Assembly (NCBI GenBank): GCA_013360215.1
Contig: JABWCP010000004.1
Location: 186,001 to 250,000, forward strand
Source: a bacterium
Lineage (GTDB): Bacteria; CLD3; SB21
Length of the DNA stretch: 64,000 nt
Direction: 5' to 3'
The translations under genes and the position numbers were made by a program. Of this stretch, positions 30,219-38,108 are shown one piece after another (positions within the stretch are counted from its first letter, which is position 1; each line of letters opens with the position of its first letter). The notes under the pieces are model-generated. The model was not told the origin of the DNA. It saw nothing but the letters and a program-made list of their open reading frames with translations, and did no database searches.

Positions 30219-33200
30219 ATGCAATCTTCACTAACCACATTGTGCCCCAATTGCGGTAAAGAATTGACGGCGGATACGCAACCGGCCGCATGCCCGCATT
30301 GTCGTTACTTGTTTAGTGTGGATTTGAAAAGTTTTATCGTACCGGAAGATCACGGGCTGTGTGTCAAAGAAATTCGCACCGGCATCGAAAAAGAACGTTT
30401 TGAAGAAGTCGGGCTTCTTATTCATCATCTTATACACCGCAATTTTTTGGATGATAAAGCACTGCGTATGATCGGTATGGAACTGCATGCGACGCATAAG
30501 GATGCACTAGCGCTTGCGTGCTGCGAACGTGCCGTACAAATCAATCCGCAAGATGCGTGGAATCATCACGCCCTGTCGGAAACATGTCAGCAGATCGGTA
30601 TGCTTGAGGCGGCATTCAAACATGCCCAAGAAGCTGTTCGGTTGGATCCTATGGAGTCACGCCATCATGCGCGGATCGCCGAAGTATATGACAAACAAAA
30701 TCAATCTACGCTCAGCGCTCGCTCTTATCTTATGGCGATGGCTCTCAGCGGTGCGTATATCAAAAACTTTGATCAATTGATTGATGATGCGATAGATCTT
30801 GTTATGGTGGAGTCAACCTACGAAGAGCTTCGCAAACAACATCCGGAAGTACGGATAATCCACTTCGCGATGGGCAATCTGTATCTCGGAAAGATGAATT
30901 ACGAAAAAGCGGAAACCGCGTTTCAGCAAGTCGTTTCATCGCAGCCTTCCAATGTTTCCGCATTAAACCGTCTTGCGGAGGTTTATCAAAAGCAAAATAA
31001 ACCCGAACAAGCGCTTGAAATGTACAAACGCAGCCTCGCATCGGAAGAATCCAATTTAGACACGTTGCGTAATCTCGGAAAACTGTATAAAGAAAAAAGC
31101 AATTGGGCAGAAGCGCTGAAATATTTTGAACGCATTCTTAAGATTAATAATAAAGACAGTAATGCGGCGTATGAAACCAAAGAAATGTATCGCAAGCTCA
31201 ATAACCCTCAAAAAGCTATTGAGGTAATGAAAGAGTACCAGCGCACGGATGTGTCGTACTATAATTGGGCGATGCATCATATTTTTGAAATTCTCTACTA
31301 TGATCTGAAAGACGATAAACAACTCATCGAACTCGTCGAAAAAACGTATCCTAATAAAATCACCGATTCGTTTGTTTACGATTATTATGGATATAGTTTG
31401 ATGAATACGGGGCGATTGGATGAAGCCGTAAAAGCGTTTGAACGCTTTGTCGAACTTGAGCCTAAAAATGCACGAGTCATGCGCGAATTGGGACGTGTGT
31501 TTTGTGATTTGCAACGCTACCAGGAAGCCATAGAGGTTCTTAAAAAATCATTTGCCATCGAAAATAAGAATTCGTACGGCTATTATTACCTCGCCTTGGC
31601 TTATCACAAGTTAGGTAAGGATGATCTGGCCCGAAAAACATTGAACGAAGGCAAACAGTTTGATCCAACGTATAAATGGTTTGATGAACTTCTGACAGAG
31701 ATGGATCCCAATTATACGCCGACGGCTATCCCGGAAAATGTAACCGAAACACCGGTTACCACCGGTACGGGCGTTTTGGGTGAAACAGTGGCGCCGGCGC
31801 TTCCGAATTTTTTACGCGATCTGACGCAATTGGCCAAAGAAGGGAAGATCGAAAACATTTTTGGCCGCACGCATGAGTTGATGGAACTGATCGAAGTTTT
31901 GTGCCGTCGGAATAAAGCTAATCCGTTGATCGTAGGCGCACCGGGCGTCGGTAAAACGGTTTTGGTGAATGGTCTTGCTCACTTACTGGCGCAAAAAAAA
32001 GTTCCCGATATTTTGCAAGATTACCGTTTGCTCGAACTGGAAGTTTTTGCTGTTGTGGCGGGTACACGATATGTCGGAACGCTTGAGCAGAAATTTATGC
32101 AACTGGCTCAATATTGCCGGCAGAACAAAGTAATTATTTTTATCGATGAGCTGCACACATTGATGGGTGCCGGTTCCTATAGTTCGCATGAAACAGGTGG
32201 GTTGGATGAAATGTTCAAACCGCTGATGACGCAACCGGAATTCAAATTGATCGGTGCGACGACGGACGAAGAATATCAGAAAAACATAGCTAAAAGCGGA
32301 GCTTTTGATCGTCGTTTTACACGTATTACGGTATTTGAACCTATGCGTGATGAGACGATGAATATACTCGGATCTTTGCGCGGAAAAATCGAACCGTTTT
32401 ATCATGTGCAAGTCAGTGATCGTATGCTCCGTACGACGTACGATATGGCCGAAAAATATATCAAAAACCGTTACTTTCCGGATAAGGCCTGTGACTTACT
32501 TGAGCGCGCTTCGATCAAAGCAAGTCTGTCGCGTTCGGGCGCCGAAGGTGAAATAAAAGAAGTTACCGAAGAGCACATCGTACAAGCGGTTTCTCAAGTA
32601 ACACGCATTCCCGAAAGTAATATTCAAATTGACGCCATGATGGGCATGCTGTCGCTCGAAGATCGTTTGCGCATGCGGGTGATAGGGCAAGAGGAAGCGA
32701 TCCAAAAAGTCGCTGAAGTCGTACGCATGACCAAAAGCGGTCTTGATGTAAATCCGGAACGACCGGACGGTGTTTTTCTTTTTGTAGGCCCGACCGGCGT
32801 AGGAAAAACCGAATTGGCTAAAGCATTGGCCGAAGCGTTAGAAGGCAGCGATAAAAGACTTGTTCGCATTGATATGTCGGAGTATAATGATCAGTATGCC
32901 TTATCCAAACTGATCGGAACGGCACCCGGTTTTGTAGGGTATGAAGACGAAGGGCGGTTAACTAAAGCTGTGCGCGAAGATCCTTCGGCGGTAATACTTT
33001 TGGACGAAATCGAAAAAGCGCACCCAAAAATTTATGAAGCGTTTTTGCAGGTTTTTGATGACGGTCGTATGACGGATGGTAAAGGAAATGTGATTTCGTT
33101 TTCTCATACGACGATGATTATGACATCCAATCTCGGTGCCGAACATATTTATGGAAAAGAGAAACTTGGTTTTTCGGGTGGAACAGAAGATGTTCACAAG

Positions 33201-33569
33201 CAAATTTCGCAAGGTATCACAGAATCCATGCGAAAGCATTTTTCACCTGAATTTTTGAATCGAATTGACGAAATTATAGTGTTTAGGCCATTGGATGATG
33301 AAGCGCTTATACAAATCGCGCAGCAGAAGTTGGATGGAATAGTCAAACGTTTTGCCGACCGTGATATTCGCATCCATATCGAACAAGATGTTGCGGCGCT
33401 GTGCGTGCGAGACATCGACAGCAAACGGGAAGGCGCGCGCGGAATAAATCGTCAATTGGAAGACATGATATCCAGACCGCTGTCGCGTGTCATGATTCAA
33501 AACCCGAATTGTAAAGCTTATAACATCAAACGCAGTGAAAACGAAATACTCGTTTTGCGCGGCGCATAA
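30219..33569 (+). CDS. Zn-ribbon + TPR + two-AAA+ Clp/Hsp100 ATPase (ClpA-like, no middle domain, LGF ClpP-docking loop)
   Basis: CPNC...CPHC; ~400 aa of TPR-like repeats; D1 GAPGVGKT / IIFIDELH / RYVG pore loop / DRRF; D2 GPTGVGKT / RIDMSEY / GFVGY / LLDEIEK / KLGF / PEFLNRID. Confidence 0.9.
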   Translation: MQSSLTTLCPNCGKELTADTQPAACPHCRYLFSVDLKSFIVPEDHGLCVKEIRTGIEKERFEEVGLLIHHLIHRNFLDDKALRMIGMELHATHKDALALACCERAVQINPQDAWNHHALSETCQQIGMLEAAFKHAQEAVRLDPMESRHHARIAEVYDKQNQSTLSARSYLMAMALSGAYIKNFDQLIDDAIDLVMVESTYEELRKQHPEVRIIHFAMGNLYLGKMNYEKAETAFQQVVSSQPSNVSALNRLAEVYQKQNKPEQALEMYKRSLASEESNLDTLRNLGKLYKEKSNWAEALKYFERILKINNKDSNAAYETKEMYRKLNNPQKAIEVMKEYQRTDVSYYNWAMHHIFEILYYDLKDDKQLIELVEKTYPNKITDSFVYDYYGYSLMNTGRLDEAVKAFERFVELEPKNARVMRELGRVFCDLQRYQEAIEVLKKSFAIENKNSYGYYYLALAYHKLGKDDLARKTLNEGKQFDPTYKWFDELLTEMDPNYTPTAIPENVTETPVTTGTGVLGETVAPALPNFLRDLTQLAKEGKIENIFGRTHELMELIEVLCRRNKANPLIVGAPGVGKTVLVNGLAHLLAQKKVPDILQDYRLLELEVFAVVAGTRYVGTLEQKFMQLAQYCRQNKVIIFIDELHTLMGAGSYSSHETGGLDEMFKPLMTQPEFKLIGATTDEEYQKNIAKSGAFDRRFTRITVFEPMRDETMNILGSLRGKIEPFYHVQVSDRMLRTTYDMAEKYIKNRYFPDKACDLLERASIKASLSRSGAEGEIKEVTEEHIVQAVSQVTRIPESNIQIDAMMGMLSLEDRLRMRVIGQEEAIQKVAEVVRMTKSGLDVNPERPDGVFLFVGPTGVGKTELAKALAEALEGSDKRLVRIDMSEYNDQYALSKLIGTAPGFVGYEDEGRLTKAVREDPSAVILLDEIEKAHPKIYEAFLQVFDDGRMTDGKGNVISFSHTTMIMTSNLGAEHIYGKEKLGFSGGTEDVHKQISQGITESMRKHFSPEFLNRIDEIIVFRPLDDEALIQIAQQKLDGIVKRFADRDIRIHIEQDVAALCVRDIDSKREGARGINRQLEDMISRPLSRVMIQNPNCKAYNIKRSENEILVLRGA

Positions 33570-33594
33570 AATATAAAAACCTTACGGAGGATTT

Positions 33595-35061
33595 GTGGAA
33601 ATAGTCATTCCGGATACGAATATAACAGCGATCATGCCGCAGGTGATCCTGACCATCGGCGCATGCGTAACATTATTGATGGGTGTTTTTACACCCCATC
33701 TGAGAAAATGGGCGGGTTATGTCGCGTTTGCGACATGTGTGATCGCATTTCTTGATGTGATGACGATGTGGGATACTAAAATGGTAGCGTTTAGCGGTAT
33801 GATAACGCTAAACTATTACACGCATGCTTTCAGTATCGTCATACTCGCGAGCGCTGCGCTAGTTTGCCTCGTGACATACGACGACGTGAGTGAACATAAA
33901 GTAGGCGAATTCTTTTCGGTGTTGCTGATGTCAACGACGGGCATGCTGATCATGGTGGCAAGTATGAACCTGATGGTGATTTTCCTCGGGCTTGAGATCA
34001 TGTCCATAGGTTTATATATCCTTATCAGTATTAACCGGTCTAAAATTCGTTCGCTGGAAGCCGGTATGAAGTATTTTTTACTTGGCGCTTTTGCATCCGG
34101 TTTTTTTCTTTATGGTATTGCATTGACCTACGGAGCAACGGGGAGTTTTGACCTTGCACGAATAGCTAACTATCTTTCAATGAATAATTTGCTCGGCGAT
34201 CCTCTGGCGTTGGCGGGCACTTCGCTATTAATTATTGGTTTCGGTTTTAAGGTTGCGTTAGTTCCATTTCACATGTGGTCGCCCGATGTATATCAAGGTT
34301 CGCCCGCTCCGGTAACAGCATTCATCGCGAGTGGTCCCAAAGTAGCCGCATTTGCAGCTTTTGCGCGTGTATTCATTGACACCTTCAATACGTTAGCGAT
34401 CGAATGGTCTGAAGTGCTTTTTTGGATCTGTGTGATCAGCATGATCGGCGGAAACCTGATGGCATTGGTACAACGCGATATCAAACGTATGCTTGCATTT
34501 TCGAGTATTTCACATGCCGGATATATCATCATGGCTATACTCGCCGGACCGAAGTTAATGGATAGTAATCCTAACCTAGCGATGGATTCGATACTCTACT
34601 ACGTCATGGTTTATTCGCTGATGAATATATGTGCGTTTACAATCATTCACGTTTTTGAAACGCGTGAAGGTCGAAACCTTAAGGTAGATGATTTTGCCGG
34701 GTTTGGATTTCGCTATCCCCTGTTAAGCGTTGCGATGTCTATTGCAATGTTATCTATGGCCGGATTCCCTCTTACCGGCGGATTTATAGGAAAGTTAAGA
34801 GTGTTCTCGGCAGCTGTGGATGCAGGTTATGTGGCCCTGACGATCGTCGCTGTTATCACTTCTACGATTTCGGTATATTATTATCTCGGTGTTATGGTCA
34901 AAATGTATTTTACGGATGCGGAAAACCCGCTTGAAGATATTTATCTTTCCAAGTCCACACGCACAGCGCTCGCACTAAGCAGCGCCGGGCTTGTATTGCT
35001 TGGCGTGATACCGACGGTGATCGCTGACGTGGTACGTACTGTGTTTCAAGCTTTTGTTTAA
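33595..35061 (+). CDS. nuoN: NADH-quinone oxidoreductase subunit N
   Basis: GLEIMS, EAGMKYFLLG, FKVALVPFHMWSPDVYQGSP, KRMLAFSSISHAG, AGFPLTGGF.GK. Confidence 0.97.
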   Translation: MEIVIPDTNITAIMPQVILTIGACVTLLMGVFTPHLRKWAGYVAFATCVIAFLDVMTMWDTKMVAFSGMITLNYYTHAFSIVILASAALVCLVTYDDVSEHKVGEFFSVLLMSTTGMLIMVASMNLMVIFLGLEIMSIGLYILISINRSKIRSLEAGMKYFLLGAFASGFFLYGIALTYGATGSFDLARIANYLSMNNLLGDPLALAGTSLLIIGFGFKVALVPFHMWSPDVYQGSPAPVTAFIASGPKVAAFAAFARVFIDTFNTLAIEWSEVLFWICVISMIGGNLMALVQRDIKRMLAFSSISHAGYIIMAILAGPKLMDSNPNLAMDSILYYVMVYSLMNICAFTIIHVFETREGRNLKVDDFAGFGFRYPLLSVAMSIAMLSMAGFPLTGGFIGKLRVFSAAVDAGYVALTIVAVITSTISVYYYLGVMVKMYFTDAENPLEDIYLSKSTRTALALSSAGLVLLGVIPTVIADVVRTVFQAFV

Positions 35062-35084
35062 ATAAAAAATATGATATGCCATTC

Positions 35085-35121
35085 AATAGTTCTCATCCAA
35101 GCGATGAGAACTATTTTTTTT
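35085..35121 (+). terminator. Intrinsic terminator after nuoN
   Basis: aatagttctcatc-caagc-gatgagaactatt plus a T run. Confidence 0.85.
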
Positions 35122-35135
35122 AACGACTCAAAACG

Positions 35136-36146
35136 ATGAAAATTGCGGTATTATATGGAGGTAATTCCAGCGAACGTAATGTTTCGCTGAATTCCGGTCT
35201 TGCGGTGATTTCCGCACTTCATAAAATGAGTCATGACGTACTAACGGTAGATCCGGCATTTGGCGGGTGTATAAAGGAGTACGAAATTAAAGCCGTAGGA
35301 GAATTGCCGCCGACCGAAGAGGAATTGCGCGATTTACCGGGAAGTAAAAATCCACATACGATTGTCGAAGCATTAAATTTTATCAGCGAAAAAAAAGTTG
35401 ATGTCGTTTTTAATGCGCTCCATGGCGGTATCGGAGAAAATGGCGCCTTGCAGGCCATGATGGATGTTTATGGTTTGACATATACCGGCTCCGGTTCAGC
35501 GGCAAGCGCGATAGCCATGAATAAAACGCTCACCAAGCGTATTGCTGAAACGGAAAGGGTGCCTTCGGCTGCATATGTATTTTTGCCGCGAAATACCGAT
35601 CAAAATCAAATAGATGAAATTGTACGATCAAAAGTTTCCGGTAAAATAGTAGTCAAACCCAATGACGACGGATCTTCGGTAGGCCTCAGTATCGTAAATC
35701 CCGGTGAATCATTGCAGGAAGCTTTTCGGAAAGCTGCGGCCATTGGCGATGTTTTATTTGAAAGTTTTATTGACGGTAGAGAATTGACGGTCGCAGTTCT
35801 TGGTGATCAGACATTGCCAGTCGTAGAGATCAAGCCCGAGGGTGGTGTGTATGATTATAAACACAAATACACAAAAGGTCTTACCCAGTATTTTTGCCCG
35901 GCGGAAATAGATCCGGTTATTTCAAAAAAGGCGCAAGAATTTGCAATAAAAGCATTCCGATCCGTCGGATGCAAAGGTTATGCACGGGTAGATTTTAGAA
36001 TGAATCAATCCAGTGAACTTTTTTGTTTAGAAATAAACACTTTGCCCGGAATGACCGCCACGAGCCTTGTACCCAAAGCGGCGAAAGCGGGGGGGATGGA
36101 ATTTGAGGAATTAGTAGAAAAAATTATTCAATTAGCATTACCATAA
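35136..36146 (+). CDS. ddl: D-alanine--D-alanine ligase
   Basis: GG.SSER.VSL.SG, LHGG.GENG, KP...GSSVG, YDYKHKY, EINTLPGMT. Confidence 0.95.
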   Translation: MKIAVLYGGNSSERNVSLNSGLAVISALHKMSHDVLTVDPAFGGCIKEYEIKAVGELPPTEEELRDLPGSKNPHTIVEALNFISEKKVDVVFNALHGGIGENGALQAMMDVYGLTYTGSGSAASAIAMNKTLTKRIAETERVPSAAYVFLPRNTDQNQIDEIVRSKVSGKIVVKPNDDGSSVGLSIVNPGESLQEAFRKAAAIGDVLFESFIDGRELTVAVLGDQTLPVVEIKPEGGVYDYKHKYTKGLTQYFCPAEIDPVISKKAQEFAIKAFRSVGCKGYARVDFRMNQSSELFCLEINTLPGMTATSLVPKAAKAGGMEFEELVEKIIQLALP

Positions 36147-36165
36147 ATTCACTCGGAGTTGAGCC

Positions 36166-36948
36166 ATGTCTTACAAAAACATTTTATTCGAAGTAAAAAA
36201 CAAGATTGCTTATCTGACAATTAACAGGCCGGATAAACTAAATGCATTGAATACGGAAACATTCATGGAAATCATGGATGCGATGAAAAAAGCTAATGAG
36301 GATGCCTCCGTAAGCGGCGTCATCGTTACGGGTAGCGGAGAAAAAGCGTTTGTTGCCGGCGCGGATATTTCTGAACTTGCCGTACAAACACCGGTAACGG
36401 CCAAAGAATTTGCCCTCCGAAGCGAAGTGGTTCTTTGTTACATCGAACGGATGCACAAACCGGTTATAGCCGCGATCAACGGTTTTGCGCTAGGCGGCGG
36501 ATGTGAGTTTGCGATGGCATGCCACATGCGCATCGCTTCCGAAAATGCAAAGTTTGGGCAGCCGGAAGTGAATCTCGGTCTTATCGCCGGTAATGGCGGT
36601 ACGCAACGTTTACCGCGCCTTGTCGGCAAAGGGCGTGCGATCGAAATTCTTTGTACAGGCGATATGATTTCAGCTGAAGATGCATTCCGGATGGGCTTGG
36701 CAAATCGTATAGTCAAAAAAGAAGAACTGATACCGACGTGCGAAAAAATCCTGCAAACGATCGCTTCAAAAGCACCGGTAGCCGTGAAACTCACGCTCGA
36801 AGCCGTTCAAAGCGGAATGGAAATGACATTGGCTGAAGGTCTTAATTTTGAGGCCAATTTATTCGGACTTGTATTCAGCAGCGATGATATGAAGGAAGGA
36901 ACCAAGGCGTTTTTGGAAAAACGAAAAGCCAATTTTCAGGGTAAATAA
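36166..36948 (+). CDS. crt: Enoyl-CoA hydratase (crotonase)
   Basis: INRPDKLNALN, AFVAGADI, ALGGGCE, FGQPEV.LG, GGTQRL. Confidence 0.9.
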   Translation: MSYKNILFEVKNKIAYLTINRPDKLNALNTETFMEIMDAMKKANEDASVSGVIVTGSGEKAFVAGADISELAVQTPVTAKEFALRSEVVLCYIERMHKPVIAAINGFALGGGCEFAMACHMRIASENAKFGQPEVNLGLIAGNGGTQRLPRLVGKGRAIEILCTGDMISAEDAFRMGLANRIVKKEELIPTCEKILQTIASKAPVAVKLTLEAVQSGMEMTLAEGLNFEANLFGLVFSSDDMKEGTKAFLEKRKANFQGK

Positions 36949-36967
36949 ACAACACATTAAATATGTT

Positions 36968-37005
36968 AAAACTGCCGCAGTTGCACATAAATTGCGGCAG
37001 TTTTT
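36968..37005 (+). terminator. Intrinsic terminator
   Basis: aaaactgccgca...tgcggcagttttt. Confidence 0.8.
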
Positions 37006-37017
37006 GTTAGGTGGACG

Positions 37018-37572
37018 ATGAATTTACTAATAACAGTATCGTTTTGTCTGATGTTATCAGCTCTTCTGTATTTTATTACCGGCCGTAAGTTGGAATTAAA
37101 AAATAGAAAAATATGGCTTGGCAGTATGACCGTCGTTCTCCTGTTGGCAACAAGTGTTATGTTTTTTGCGCAAAAGGAATTGGATAACTATCAGGCGTAT
37201 CGGGCGTGGTTGCCGACGCCTGCGCGTGTTATTTCTGCGCAAGTTGTAGGGAAAAGGGCTTTCAGACCGGAAATTATTTATACATATACGGTAAACGGTT
37301 TTTCGGTAACTGATACGACCGATATGGAAGTTCCCGGATTTGGGAGCAAATCTAACCGGTTTAACGTAGCAAGAAATGAAGTAGCTTCCGTGAGAGAAGA
37401 TTCGACGTTTGTTGTTTATTATAATCCGGCAAATGTGGTTGAACACCTTTCACATATACGTCCTCCCCATACGATCTATATAATGTATTCAACCGGAGGA
37501 TGCTTTTTTATAGCAGGAAGCTATATTTTTCTTGTCGGATTATTTCAAACTAAAAAAAATAAACTGGATTAA
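37018..37572 (+). CDS. DUF3592-like membrane protein
   Basis: Two N-terminal TMs, W.PT.ARV...P.I.YTY.VNG...VYYNP pattern, one C-terminal TM. Confidence 0.65.
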   Translation: MNLLITVSFCLMLSALLYFITGRKLELKNRKIWLGSMTVVLLLATSVMFFAQKELDNYQAYRAWLPTPARVISAQVVGKRAFRPEIIYTYTVNGFSVTDTTDMEVPGFGSKSNRFNVARNEVASVREDSTFVVYYNPANVVEHLSHIRPPHTIYIMYSTGGCFFIAGSYIFLVGLFQTKKNKLD

Positions 37573-37575
37573 GCA

Positions 37576-38043
37576 TCATTTGGCTTTCAAAAAATCTTCG
37601 TAACTGACAGTGTAATATTTTTTTTCGGCCATATATTTTAAAATATTCAAAAAATCATCGGATTGAATATATCCCGGTACCATCGTGATCATTTTCCCGT
37701 TGGATTCGAAAAATGCTGTAGCCGGGTAGCCCGTTACCTGCATACTTTGCGCAAAAGCCGCCGCCGGATATTGTTCTCCTTCGTAGCTCACCGGTCCGTC
37801 CGTTTCAGGGTTCATTCGTATCAGCACAAAATTTTCGCGTAGGTATTTTACAACACGCGGATCGGAATAGGTATCCTGATCCATTTTTTTACACCATCCG
37901 CACCAATCCGTATAAACATCAATCAATATAGCTTTGTTTTCTTTAGCCGCTAAAGCAAGACCTTGATCAAATTTATGCCAAACCAAATCATTTGTGTTAG
38001 AATTCACAGCCAAAATTAAATGAAGCCAAACTATATAACTCAT
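37576..38043 (-). CDS. Thioredoxin-like protein (SoxW/DUF255 type)
   Basis: DVYTDWCGWCKKMD; cis-Pro GYPAT; possible short signal peptide. Confidence 0.88.
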   Translation of the reverse strand: MSYIVWLHLILAVNSNTNDLVWHKFDQGLALAAKENKAILIDVYTDWCGWCKKMDQDTYSDPRVVKYLRENFVLIRMNPETDGPVSYEGEQYPAAAFAQSMQVTGYPATAFFESNGKMITMVPGYIQSDDFLNILKYMAEKKYYTVSYEDFLKAK

Positions 38044-38072
38044 AAATCCTCTTTAAATGATTCTTAGATTAG

Positions 38073-38097
38073 AACGAAATGATCGATAATGTATTCC
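38073..38097 (-). promoter_or_regulatory. Putative ECF-sigma promoter (GGAAT-N16-CGTT)
   Basis: Minus strand reads GGAAT-acattatcgatcattt-CGTTCTAAT, about 30 nt before the thioredoxin ATG. Confidence 0.45.
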
Positions 38098-38108
38098 TGT
38101 TAATAAAA

